Shown here one piece after another: positions 1 through 13,819 of a DNA stretch of 64,000 nt (within the stretch, counting starts at the first letter, position 1; each line of letters begins with the position of its first letter). The stretch lies in the NCBI RefSeq assembly GCF_009914755.1, contig NC_060925.1. The stretch is one strand, 5' to 3'. This DNA is from the human T2T-CHM13v2.0 reference genome, Homo sapiens. Below the pieces are notes generated by a model. It was not told the DNA's origin, ran no database searches, and saw nothing but the letters and a program-made list of their open reading frames with translations. Position numbers and translations under genes: made by a program.

Positions 1-1851
1 CTTTTGATTTTACTGATCCTCTTCATTGTACCATTGTTTTCTCTATTTTTATTGGTTGCGTGAGTCAGGGCTTTTGCAAGTCTTTAATAGGTAGGTGGTA
101 TTCAGTCCACTTCTTCATCATCTTGGTGGCACCTCTGTTTAAGGAGACCAGGAATACTCACCTGGGTACGTACCTTTCTTCCTCTCTGATAATCTATTTT
201 TCCTCAGGAACTTAATATTTGTGTCCTTGCCCGGTGTCTTTCTGTCATGGTTCCCTAGGCTGCCATCTCCACAGGAGAAAATGTTTGGTTAGTTCTCAGT
301 CCCAAACCATAGCAGAGCCCAGAGACTCTTGTCACCCTCAGCCTTCAGTCCTTGGTTGCCTTCTTCGCAGACCTGGCAGCTCTTCCACCTGAAAGTGATA
401 CATGGTATTAATAGTTGGACTAGACTATTATGATAAACAGAGTATCTAATAACCATGAGAATAAAAAACAAGAAATTTGTAACATTGAAATGAGTGCTAA
501 ATGGCCTTTAATCTGTACTTGCTTTTGCACATTTTTTTTTAAGTGGTTTCTTTCTCTGACGTGTAGAGTGTATCTTCCTATTTCTGAATTTTCTTGTTTC
601 TGTGGGATGTTAGTTTCTCTTGAAATGGTCATTGATATTACTCAGGAAGAAAAGTTTCTGTGGTCAGATTTAATAAGAGATATCTATGCTAGTCTTAACA
701 TTTAATTTCTTTTAGTTGAATCTAAAATTGATATCATTCTTAGATTAATTAAAAATTTTTTAAAGAGCATGTATTCTTTAGTATTTTGATTCTAAGTACC
801 ACTAATTTGATTTGTTTCAACAGTCATTAATGTGGGGCAGTCATCAATCACTACCATTGATCATTTATTTCATATACATTGTAAGTTAAATGACCAGGCT
901 GAAATAATTCAGATGAAATTATTCTGTCAGTTAATGTGGTAATGTTAACATTTATCAGTAGTGCTGAATCACTTCTTTTGGGCATAATAGTGGTAAGCTT
1001 TTTGCTCAATGCAAAGACAGGCATAATTGCTTTTTTCAAATAAAAATGTAATTTGTAAAAATACTCCAGTAATTTTTGTAAAATCTCAAAATTGCAAATA
1101 ATTTGACGTTATTCTCAGTAATGAAGGCTGTTAAATCTCCTCTCTTAACGGCAGGTATGAAATCATTTGAGGAAGAAAAAAGTTCATAAATACAAACTTA
1201 AAAAAAAATGGAAAGACTTTTCCATGCAAAAAGATGCATTGCAGGAAGGAGGAAGAGTGTCCTTCATAGCACACCACAAGTCAGTATTAGAGGCTTGCTT
1301 TTCTACTTGAGTAGACCCAAGATTCCCCACCTATCGTCTTCCAAAGTTACTTGTGATCCACTGCAATCACAAGTTTTACAGTGTGTATACTCTAGGTGTA
1401 TGGAAGGATTTGAATTCACAAATAGTCAAACATCAGAAGAATAAGCTGATAATAATACATTTGAAAAGAGGTCAAGTATATTTTTGAAAACTAGGAGAGT
1501 TAAAGTGTTTTTGTGAACTAAGGAACAAATAAGGCATTGACAATATTTTACTTGATTAGGAATTTTGTTCAGGTGAGTAAAACTTTAAGCATCACTTAAG
1601 TTTTGTTTTTGTTTCTTACTTTTAGAATATCTGATCTGGACTTCTGTGGATTTATGGAAGAGCTGGCTTTATTTCTCTATCCTGTGGGAGGGGCAAACTT
1701 TGATTTTGTATGTGGAGTAACTTGACCTTCAGTTTTTTTGGTCTGAGAACAAAGGCCAAAAAATATGTAACAGTTAATAACGTAATTCACTTACTTAGTC
1801 AATAAATATGTGGGGACATTGTACTTGGTTGACACTTGGGAATATTGTAGT

Positions 1852-2015
1852 GAGCACTACTGATGTGAGCCAGGCACTTTGCCTGGTAATCACTGTTCGT
1901 GTATAATTTAATCCTAAGGGCTGTGATGTAGATGTTATCCCTGTTTTACAAATAAAGAACTTCAGGCTTAGAATGATTAAGTACTGTTACCTAACTGATA
2001 AGTGGAAGCTGAGCT
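1852..2015 (-). mobile_element. MIR fragment
   Basis: Core-like sequence ccaggcact...tttaatcct...tatccctgttttacaaataaagaac...aggcttaga. Confidence 0.6.
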
Positions 2016-2116
2016 CCAGAGCACCCTTTCTTAATACAGTATTTTCTACTTGTCATGAAAACATGAAGAAAGCTAGGAAACATTTTCTGTGTTGATAATG
2101 AGCCAATAATGTGTAT

Positions 2117-2347
2117 CAGTGGTTCTTAAACTTTAGCATGCATCAGAAACACTTGGGGATTTTTTTTTTTAAACCTGGGGTTTTTAGATCCCACCCTCAG
2201 AGTTTCTTATTCAGTAGGTCTGGGATTGGACCTGAGAACATATACTGTCAGTAAGCTTCCAGGTCTAATCTTAGGATTAGGGACCACACTTTGAGAATGA
2301 TTAGAGTATTCAATTAGATCTTAGGGACTACACTGTGAGAATCAGTA
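2117..2347. mobile_element. MER5A-like hAT-Charlie MITE with a duplicated terminal segment
   Basis: cagtggttcttaaacttt...tcagtaggtctggg...gggaccacactttgagaa. The end motif recurs as gggactacactgtgagaa. Confidence 0.75.
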
Positions 2348-3519
2348 ATGTATACAATTCTGCTCATCATGTTCTTATAAAACTATGCCATGCCAGATCT
2401 TCCATATCTTGATTAGAAATTGGTTAAGAAATTAGGCTTGGTGTAAATACAGTATCAATGTGGCTTGAAACTGGTTGTATTTTTCTGTTTTTTTTTTTCT
2501 TTGTGCATTTGATGCTAATAAGTAGAAAGCTCTTAAAATATTTAAGGGAGACAACCTATGGATATCTGTTTACTGTTCTCATATTTGTTGTAATACAGTT
2601 TATTCATTATGAGTTTAAATACAAATTAGCGTAAAGCTTATGGTTAATTTGGATTTTTTGGACTTTCTGAAATGCTTTGATAATTCATTGCCTCCTTTGC
2701 ACATTTTTTTCATTTTGATGGTTGCATTTAACTTCTTTGTACTGATTTTTTAAATCAGCCAGTATTAATTTAACCTATTTTCAATACTAATATCCATGTA
2801 TGTAAATATCCATAACTAAGGCAAAACAGTTGATTTTAGCTAGTTTAAATATTAGTCCATTCATATTTTTGTAAATACATAACATTTTCAAAATAGCTAA
2901 AATGTCACTGGCTGGTTTGAACAACTGTGCAGTTACCGAAGAGATGAATGTATAACCTTTTCTGTAAAGAATTTTAAGACATGACCTTATTTTTTTGCAG
3001 AAAGAAATCTCTTCATTCCAAAGATTTTGCCTTTGCTTTCGGTGTTCTAGCCACTGAAGTATATACCTGTTTAATTTTAATAATGATGAAGATATTGATA
3101 TCTAACTCACCAGAATGAAGTTCTAATTTTCTAAAGACCTGAATTATCTGGATGAATAAAGGACCATTGGGATGGAGGATTTATAGAACGTTTCTGAGAA
3201 AGTCTAGCTGTTGTGGCTTTGGTTTGTTTGTAAACAATTGAGATAGCTTTCCAAAGCTTTTGCTTATAGAATCTAATCACTTTTTCTATTTATTGTCTTT
3301 TGGGCTTAGAGTAAAGAAGGGAAGGGAACACTGTTGCCTTTGTGAGAATGGGAGAGGGATAGATGGGAGAGTAGAGGGATGAAGTTAATTTTTTATTATA
3401 GGGATTAACATTTTTAACTATTCCCAATAGTGTAACATTTGACATTTAAGTGAAAGGCTTTTAGATTAATATTTTTAAATTTAAAGATGTCTTATGCTAA
3501 TTTGTTTTTGTTTTCATAG

Positions 3520-3595
3520 AGAGGATCTGACGAACTACTCTCAGGCAGTGTTCTCAGTAGTCCGAACTCTAATATGAGCAGCATGGTAGTTACAG
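3520..3595 (+). CDS. PTBP2: PTBP2 exon 3 (76 nt): [25 protein letters not shown](A); includes part of the N-terminal KRGS motif
   Basis: Acceptor ttttcatag|AGAGGATCT, donor ACAG|gtaagt. Phase 0 to 1. Confidence 0.97.
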
Positions 3596-5499
3596 GTAAG
3601 TGTTACTCTCTTAGCAGTCTGTCATTTGCCATTTTAGGGGGCAGAATGTTAAAACTCAAATTTAACCCTGTTATACCAGGAAAGCCTTTCTTTTTAAATG
3701 CGTGTTGAAACATTTTAGAGTAAATTTTACTAAAGTATATATGAGCCGAGTGGAAAAAAAAAAAAACCTGAAGCTGGTAACTTTGGTGAACAAGTTACTC
3801 TTAAATTTGATTGCTTTTCATTTTTGAACCACAAATGTAATTCTGTCTCACATTATAGTCCCTTCATCTGCCCCTCTGGTATTTTTATTTTGTTTTTATT
3901 TTTTGTGTTTGTGTGTCATATAATATTTTTACTTTAAGTATTTATGCCACAAACCCTAAAACCCAAATTTTAAGTAAAAACCGAAGAATTCAGCTACATA
4001 GTTGTTTAAAACCATTGCAACCATAGTTGCTATGGTTTTAACTAATTTTTTGCTGAAACAGTATTTTAATTCTGAGTTGATCCTTTTATGTTGTCTACCT
4101 GCATATTTAAGATGATTTGTTTTAATCTTCAAAGTTAGAGTTAAAAAAAATTGTATATGTCTGAAATAATGTTGTTTGTAGCATCTGTCAGTAAAACAAT
4201 ATAGACCAAATTTTAGACCTTAGTTTTATGGCTGATGGGCCAAATTTTTTTTTGTATTTTGTTTAGTTTTGCTTGAATTGACGTGTTCTCATCTGAATGG
4301 GCCAAATTTTGAATTTGATTATTATTATTATCAAATGAATTTACCTCACAACTCCACATTTTACATTATTTACCTGAAACCAAAGTTCCTTTTTCTGTAT
4401 TTTAACTTTGAATTATTTGCTTGAAGAACAAATTATATTTGGCAATAAAAGGATCATGAAAGACTAGAAGACATTTTGATTTCCCTTAGGTAGCTGTGCT
4501 TAATGTATACATACATCTTGACACACACAAACACAAACACACATCTCTGACAATTCAGTTAACTAAAAATTATAAGGACTTAACAGATAATAGTCATGAT
4601 GTGAAGATAAATTTGTCAACAGGTCATTATCATTGATTTTGCTATGTAATGATTACAAAGCAAAATCACTGGGCCTTGATTTTGATAGTCAAAGTACCAT
4701 GTACACATAATTGAACAAATAGGCAGAAGTGTGTAACTCTGGTTTGTCGGTTTCTCTTTTTGTTTTTACAATGCATACTGTGATCGATAATGGGAAATTA
4801 ATTTGGAATTAATTTCCAAATATTTAGGGCTAGTGACAGAGTAACTAGTAGCAGCCTTGGCCCCTTTTTCAGTCTCCCCCCAAAACCAAAAAGTATGTAA
4901 CTGAATAAAATACGTGGAACAACTGTTGTTTGGAAGTGATGAGCAGACGGTATAAGATCATCCTTGAGAGAAGGGGTACACGTGAGGTAAGTATCATGAA
5001 CACTCTGGCTTTCTGTCTTGGACTATTTTACTGCTCTAAACCACAGAGAAGTGGAGAGCCCAGAGTATACAGGTCTCACTGAGCTGAAGAGACCAAGAGT
5101 GGGTGTCAGGGCTGCCCAATCATTTGGAATTTATGGAGAAGTCCTGGAGAAAAGAGAGCTGTCTAGGGGTTTAGGAATAGAGCAGGGGGCAGAATTTAGT
5201 ATGGTCATTTCACTTCATTCACAGTTTTGGATAATGACTTGGTTACATGTGTGCAGGTTGAGGCTTTGCCAGGTCTGTCAGAAATTGTCTGCTCTGGGGC
5301 TAAATGGTGATTCCATAGGTTGCACGGTACTCTGAAACATTGGAGTTCTGAGAAGTCAGAATGCAGACATATTGCAGGGTACTTCAAACACTCCATTTAG
5401 ACTACAGAAAGCCTGGACCTGAATAGAAAGGATCACACCCTATAGGAAGTGCCATCTATAAGACTGAGATAAAAACCAGAAACCTAGCCCGATAGGAAG

Positions 5500-8050
5500 T
5501 GAAGGATTCACCAGTTAATCTAACCAGTAACTGATGAAGGATTAATCAGTAATTTAGTTGCCTTCCAAAACAAAACAACACCCCCAAGAAAGACATGATA
5601 TAGTTTTCCTGCAACTATCTTCCATAATATCTAGTATACCATCAAAAATTACAAGTGATGTGCAGAAGCAGGAAAGTAACCCATGAAATATAAAGAACAC
5701 ATTTAATAGGAACAGATTCCAAAATGACCTAGAGTTAGAATTAGCAGACAAGGACGATAAGTATTTTAAGCTGTAAAGGAAAAGATTGAAATAATGAGTG
5801 ATGGAGGAGTGTGTTGAAGAGATAAAAAACTATAAAGAAAGCATGTAGAAATATTCTAATTGAAAAATACAGTTTTTGAAATAGTTGGGACTGATTCACT
5901 GGTTGGAACTAGTAGCAGATTGGAGACAATAGAAGAAATGTTAGTGAACTTGAATACTGTTGAATACAGTGATTAAATCTGTCAGAGAGGAGAAAGTATA
6001 TCTAATGGACAATGAAGCAGTCTGACATGTAAGTTGAATTTCAGAGTGAGAATGTGGGGGAATAAAACATCTATCTGTTTGAGATAGTAATGACTGAGAA
6101 CTTCTAAAATTTGAATAAAATATATCAACTTACATTCCTAAGAAGCTCAGGTAAACTCCTCATGTAGGCTAAATAAAAAGAACCATACTTAGACACATAG
6201 TAGTCAAAATATTGAAAACTAGAAATGAAGAGCAAATCTAAACAGCTGCGAAAAAAACGTCTAACAGGAGACCAACACCTCGTATTAAAGGGGGAAAAAA
6301 AGCGAATTTCTTTAGACTGAATGGCATAACTTGGCTCTACAGGGGATAAGAGGAGTACTGGGAATGGTTAATATGTGTATAAATTTTAAAAGGGCTCTCT
6401 CTTTTCCTGTCAGTTTCTTTGAAAGCCTTTATGTAAACAACAACTTTGTATTATGGGGTTTATTATGTAAATGGATGTTTATATGACAACAGTTAGTACA
6501 AAGTGAAGATAAATGGAATTCTTCAGTGGTAAGGTTCTTATATTTTACCTGAAGTGATACAGTGTTAACTCTAACATAAAAAGATTCTGTTAAGGTTGCA
6601 TATCAAAATTCTAAGTGTAATCTCATTTAAAAAGATAAAAAGAAGTATAACGAAAAGCCAATAGAGGAAAAATTGGAGCATTGACTACCAGTTTTCAAGA
6701 ATTACTGCAAAGCTACGGTAATTAAAAATAGCATCATAATAACATAAAGATAAATAGGTCAGTGAGACAGAGCAGAGAGTTCAGAAGTTAACTCACACAA
6801 TTATGGATAACTGATTTTTGACAAAGGTGCAAAGTCAATTCAGTGGAGAAAAAGTAGACTTCCAACAAAGGGTGCTACAGCAGTTGGAGCTATCTGTATG
6901 CAAAAAAATGATCTTGGATCTGTATCTCACACTGCATATGAAAATTAACTCCAAATGGATCATGGCCTAATGTAAAACCAAAAATTATAAAATCTCTAGA
7001 AAAAAATACAGAAAATCTTCGTGACTTTGGATTAAGCAGGAATGTATTTGATATGACCCTAAAAGCACAATCTATTAAAAAATGGAATTTGACATCAGAA
7101 TTAAAATCTTCTGCCATTCAAAAGAAACTGCTAGGGAATGAAAAGACAAGCCATAAACTGGAAGAACATCATAACAAAGCATATAGCTGATAAAGGACTT
7201 CTATCCAGAATATTAAAAGATTCAGTATATGTAAAATCAGCAGTCAAGCAACAAACTACTCAATGAATTGGCCAAAATATTTGAACAGGTAGTACAGCAC
7301 AAAAGATATACAGATGGTAAGTAAGCACGTGAAAAAGCTGGTCAGCATCATTAGTTATTAGGGAAATGAAAATTAAAACTACAGTGAGATAATATTACAA
7401 ACCTATTAATAGTGACTAAAATTAAAAAGAGTGCCATCTTGGAAAGCATGAGTTGGGAAGAATGTGGAAGAATGTTAATATTCACAATACTGCTGATGGG
7501 AATGTAAAATCGTAGTACTTTGGAAAACAATCTGGTAGTTTCTCCATGATCCAGGTTATTTGTCTCCTAAGCATTTACCCAAGAGAAAAGAAGGCATCTA
7601 TTCATTAAAAAACTCTCATGTTAATGTTCATAGCCATTTTATTTGTAATCACCAAAATGTGAAACAAACATTCATCAACAGATGAACTAATAAGTAGATT
7701 CCTGTTTTGGCATCATATGCTTTTCCATACAGTGGAATACAACAGCCATGTAGAATGAGCTATTGATAGACACAACAGCAAGAATGAATCTCCAAACAAT
7801 TATGTTATGTAAAAGATGGGAGAAAAAAAGACTACATCCTGTATGATTCCATTTATATAAAACTCTGGGAAATGCAAACTAATCTAAAGCAAATTCATGG
7901 TTCTTAGGAGTTTAAGAGTGGGAAAGGACAGGCAGGAGGGGTGGCAAAGGGACACAGGAAAACTCGGGAGTGATGGACATATAAATTATTGTGATGGTGG
8001 TTTTATGGATGTATGCATATGTCAAAACTTGTCAAATTTTATAATTTAAA
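5500..8050 (+). mobile_element. Old L1M fragments (5'/ORF1-like, then ORF2 3' end and 3'UTR)
   Basis: A-rich degenerate L1 motifs, e.g. ctgatttttgacaaaggtgcaaag, aaaattaactccaaatggatc, tgtatgattccatttatataa. Boundaries approximate. Confidence 0.75.
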
Positions 8051-8059
8051 TACATATAC

Positions 8060-9180
8060 ACATCCTAGAATGGCCGAACTTCAGAACATTGATAACACCA
8101 AATGCTGGCAAGGATGTGGAGCAACAGGAACTCTCACTTACTGCTCAGTGGAATGCAGAGTGGTACAGCCACTTTGGAAGACAATTTGGCAATTTCTTAG
8201 AAAACTATACGGCCGGGCACAGTGGCTTACGCCTGTAATCCCAGCGCTTTGGGAAGCCAAGGCAGGCGGATCACCTGAGGTCAGAAGTTCAAAACCAGCC
8301 TGGCCAACATGGAGAAACCCGATCTCTACTAAAAAATACAAAATTAGCTAGGCGTGGTGGTGCATGCCTGTAATCCCAGCCACTCAGGAGGCTGAAGCAG
8401 GAGAATTACTTGAACCCAGGAGGTGGAGGTTGCAGTGAGCCAGGATCACGCCCATTTCACTCCAACCTGGGCAACAAGAGCGAGACTCCATCTCAAATAT
8501 ACTTTCATTGTATGATCCAGCAGTTGTGCTCCCTGGTATTTGCCTAAAGGAGTTGAAAACTTAGTCTGCGCAGAAAGTAGCACATGGATGTTTATAGCAC
8601 CTTTCTTTATAGTTGCCAGAACTTCATAGCAACCAAGAAGTCCTTTAGGAGGTGAATGGCCAAATAAACTGTGGTGTATATTCAGACAGTATAATGTTAA
8701 TCAGCACTAAATGGAAATGAGCTATCAAGCCATGGAGAACCTTCAGTGAACATTACTAAATAAAAGAAGCCACTCTGAAAATTCTGCATACCATATGATT
8801 CCAACTATATGACATTCTGGAAAAAGCAAAATTATGGAGACAGTAAAAATCAGTGGTTGCTAGGGTTTAGGGGTGGAGGGAGGGATGAACTGGTGGAGTA
8901 CAGAGGATTTTAGGGTACTGAAAATATTCTGCATGATACTATAATGATAGATACATGTCATACATTTTTCCAAACCCATAGAATGTAAGACACTTGGAGT
9001 GAACCTGGAGGTAACTACAGACTTTGAGTGATTATAATGTGTCAGTGTAGGTTCATCAGTTGTAACAATGTGCCATCTGGTGGGAGATGTTGATAAAGGG
9101 GAGGCTATTTGGGGCAGGAGGCAGGGAAATCTCTCTGCTTTCCTCTCCATTTTGCTGTGTACCTAAACTTACTCTGAAAA
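8060..9180 (+). mobile_element. L1MC-type 3' end, interrupted by an Alu
   Basis: aatgctggcaaggatgtggagcaacaggaactctca, gtcagtgtaggttcatcagttgtaacaa, gatgttgataaaggggaggct. Confidence 0.75.
8211..8497 (+). mobile_element. AluS (Sq/Sx-like) with almost no poly-A tail
   Basis: ggccgggcacagtggcttacgcctgtaatcccagc...ggcaacaagagcgagactccatctcaaa. Confidence 0.95.
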
Positions 9181-11881
9181 ATGTCTTTGAAAATTTACTC
9201 ATGCGCTTGCATTGCATTTCTTTTGGATATTACTGGTCTAAGTAGTCCAGTTAAAAGACAAAGATTGTCAGACTTGATTAAAAAGCAAGGCCTAACTACA
9301 CTGTCAATACGAGGGTCAGGTAGAAATATCAAGATGCAGGTTGAAAGTAAAAAGATGGAAAATGATATTCCGTGCAAACAGTAAGCACAAGAAAGTTGAT
9401 ATGATTATATTACTAGACAGAAAAATTTAAGACAAATATTACCAGATATAAAAAAGCATATTTCACAATGTTGAAGGGTCAGTTTATCAGAAAACATTTC
9501 TTAATTTGTATGCCAATAATAACAAATCAAAGTATATTAAGAAAAACATCACAGAACTAAGTAGAGAAACAAAAATCCACAATCATAGCCTGGTTTTTTA
9601 AAACATAATTTATGGCAATTGATAGGATAGTACAGTCCTAGCCCCCAAATAAAAAGATACATAATTTGAAAAGTGCTATCATGTTGGCTTAACTCACATT
9701 TATAAAACTATACCCAGTAACTGTAAAATAACTTCAAGTGTACATAGAACATTCACAATGATAGACCTTATATTGGATTATAAAATAACTCAATAAATTT
9801 CAAATGATTGACAGCTAATGTATCTGACTGACTATAGTGGAATTAAATTAGAAATCAAAAATAGACATCTAGGAAAGTACTAAATATTAGAAATTACACA
9901 ATCGTGAACAATACATGGATTATAGAAGTGTTACCACAAGGACATATTTTTGACTGAATGAAAATATATCAAAATTTGTTGGATACTACCCAAGGGTGTG
10001 TATGGTGAAAAGTATGTCTTCAAATACCTATATTACAAAAAAAGGTTTAAAACTCCCAATTTAAGACTGACCAAGGAAAAAGACATAAATTACCAATACT
10101 GGAAATCAAGGTCGAGATAATCACTTTCAGAGAAAGTGGATATATGCAGAGTATAATAGTATAACATAAATAATATAAAGTGGAGATAGCACTTTCAATA
10201 AAAGCAGAGATATATAGAATATAATAGGAAAATAAGTCAATATTAGTAATGTTGTTAAGGCTAACAAATTCAGCAACTTAGATGAAAAGTTTCTTGACAA
10301 ATGCAAAACTGACTTAAGTATATAGCTTAACAGCTATATACTACTGTATTATACAAATTGGAATTTATAATTAAAAAAATCTTTCCACAAAGATTACTCT
10401 AGTCATAGATGGTTTCACTATTGAATTTTATGAAATTTTAAAGGAATACTAGCTGTCTTTGAAAATGGAGGAGGGAATACTACCCTGTTCACTTTATGAA
10501 ACCACTATAACTGACAGCAAAACCTGACAAGGGTAATATATCAAGATTTCAGACTAGTATTTCTCATTAACCTAAATGCATATATTCTTAAGAAAATGTT
10601 GGTAAATCACCTCCGGTAGAATATGAGAGACAATTCTGAGACTTATCGCAGGATTGTAAGGTTTGTTTAACATTTGAAAATGAACTCAGTGTAATTTGTC
10701 ACAATGATAGAATGAAGAAAGAAGAATTTCTCTCAGAAAACTAGGAAGAGAAGGAGCTTTTACAATGTAAATAAGGGGTATCTACTAAGAACCTACAACA
10801 AATTTCATACTTAATGGAGAAATATTGAATGTTTTCTTCTTAAAAACAGAAATGAAGCAAGGATGTCTGTTTTCTCAATTTTTCCCCTTAGCTTTCTGCT
10901 TACATTAAGGCAGGTGAAATAAAAGACATAAAGATTGTAAAGGAAGAAAGAAAACTGTCTTATTCACCATTCAACATGCTTTTTAAAGTAGAAGACCTGA
11001 AGGACTCTACAACAGATTTGGTAGAACTAATAAGTGAATTTAGAATAATTATAGGATACAAGTTCTATGTACAGAAATAGTCTCCTTATACTTGGCAGCA
11101 AATTCTTAGAAAATGAAATTTTAAAAAATCTGTTTATAAAAGTATCAGACAAAATATCAGGAAAAAAATTTGACAAAAGATATGTAAGACATCTACACCA
11201 ATATGAAACACTGCTAAGAGAAGTTTTAAAAAGACTTACATGAAGACGTAGACCATGTTCATGAATTAGAAGGCTCAATATGTTAACATGCCAGTTCTCC
11301 CTAAATTGGGATGGCATTGAATCTATAAAGACTTATAAATTGAGAGTACATTCTAAAATTTATGTGGAAATAAAAAGGAGCTAGGACAATTAAAACCATT
11401 TTGAAAAAGTAAATTTTGCCACAGTTCTCAAGACTCACTACAAACCTGTAGTTAATCCAAAACAGTTTACTACTAGCATAGTTAGTGACACAGAATAGCG
11501 TTCAGGGAATAACTCATGCATTAAAGTTGCCTTGATCACTCAGTGAAGAAAGAGAAGGCCTTTCAACAGATGTGCTAGAACAGCTGAATATACATACAAA
11601 AAAGCAAAAGAAACTTAAACCCTACATCATTCTGTATAAAACAATGAGATTAATTATATAAAAACTAATATATAGAGTTTTTAGGAAAAAGCATAGGATA
11701 TACTTGCAACTTTGGGATAAATGAAGATTTCTTAAAATAGAAAAATCTTAAAGGAATATATAAACTTGACTCCATCAAAATGGGAAATTTCTGCTTCATC
11801 AAAAGACATTGTTAAGACATTGAAAAGACAAGGCACAGACTTGGAGAATATAATATTTGTGTATCAATACATGCATATGAC

Positions 11882-12235
11882 TGTATTAGTCCATTTTCAT
11901 GCTGCTGATAAAGACGTACCCGAGACTGGGCGGGCAATTTATGAAAGAAACCAGTTTAATGAATTTACAATTCTATGTGACTGGGGAAGCCTCATAATCA
12001 TGGTGGAAGGCAAGGAGGAGCAAGTCACATCTTACGTAGATGGCAACAGGCAAAGAAAAGAGAGCTTGTGCGGGGAAACTCTCCCCTTTTTAAAACCATG
12101 AGACTTACTTCACTGTCACGAGAACAGCATTGGAAAGACCTGCCCCCATGATTCAGTTAACTCCCACCAGGTCCCTCCCACAACACATGGGAATTCAAGA
12201 GGAGATGTGGGTGGGGACACAGCCAAACCATATCA
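11882..12235 (-). mobile_element. THE1 (THE1B/C-like) MaLR solo LTR
   Basis: tgtattagtccattttcatgctgctgataaagac...ggggacacagccaaaccatatca. 354 bp, TG...CA ends, 5-bp TSD ATGAC (11877-81 and 12236-40). Confidence 0.93.
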
Positions 12236-12504
12236 ATGACAAAGGACTTGTATCCCAAAGGACTTGTAAAAAAAAAACTCCTCCAATCAATAAATATGAG
12301 CAGCCCAATTTTTTTTTAAGTGGCAAAAGAAGTGACATTATAAGGATGGGTAACAAGCACATGAAAAGATAATGTTAGTCATCAGGTGATCACAAGTCAA
12401 AACCATTAGAGATAGAATTTACACCAACTAGAATGGCTAAAATTAAATAGATTGGCAACACCGAATGTTGATGAAGATGTGGAACTGTCTTTAATTACTG
12501 CTGA

Positions 12505-12838
<334 letters not shown>

Positions 12839-13439
12839 TAGTTTACTATTTTCTTACGGAGTTAAACATTAACCTATTTTATGGTCCATAACTTCTACTT
12901 TTAGTTTTTTACCCAGTAAGAACATGTTTGCTGTAAAACTTGTATGTGTATCAAAAACTTTACTGATAATGGTCCCAAACTTGAAATAACCCAAATGTTT
13001 ATCAACAGGAAAATGGATAAATTGTGGTATAATCATATAGTATATTACTACTTACTAATAACAAAAGAATGGTTAGTAGTACATGCGAAAACATGGGTGA
13101 ATAGTAAGCATTGTATGAAGCAAAAGAAACCAGACAGACCTGAAAGAGTACATAGTGTGATTCCATTTCTTGAAAGTTTAAGAGCAGATCATTAATTTTT
13201 TGTTTAGAAACCGGAATGTTGGAGATTAACAGAAAGGGAATATGGTGGCATTTTCTGGTGTGATGGAAACGTCCTATGTTAATAAACTAAGTTGCAAAAC
13301 AAATCCAAAATTTGTTTGAAGCAGTAGATTATCTCTGAGAACTCTGAATTTCCAGTAGTTGTGTCTTGCTGTAATGAGAAATATGAGATTGGGAATGACT
13401 AGGTGAGTCCATGTAGCAGGGGCCTAGATGTGGGATTTG

Positions 13440-13440
<1 letters not shown>

Positions 13441-13475
<35 letters not shown>
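13441..13475 (+). repeat. (TG)17 microsatellite
   Basis: Direct read. Confidence 0.98.
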
Positions 13476-13477
<2 letters not shown>

Positions 13478-13819
13478 CTTGGACTTTAACAGATTTACAT
13501 TTTAGAAAGAATTTTTGTTCCATTTGTATTTCACAGGTAGGATCAGTATTGTATAGAGGGGAGAATAGTTTTAAAACATTACGGTAGTTCATTCCAAAGA
13601 TACCAAGGTCCTGAATTTTAGGGTCTTGGAAGGAGAATATGCAGGAAATGATAAAACGAGTTATCTGGAAGAAGACAAGTTTGGAATAATATTAAAGAGT
13701 TTTGTCTTAGAATCACTGGGTTGGTAGAAGATGATGCCATTAACAAAGGGGGAAAAGTAGGAAAAGGAGACTCGTTTTTGGTGGGAAAAAAGAATAATCC
13801 GCTACTGTTCTGTTTTTTT

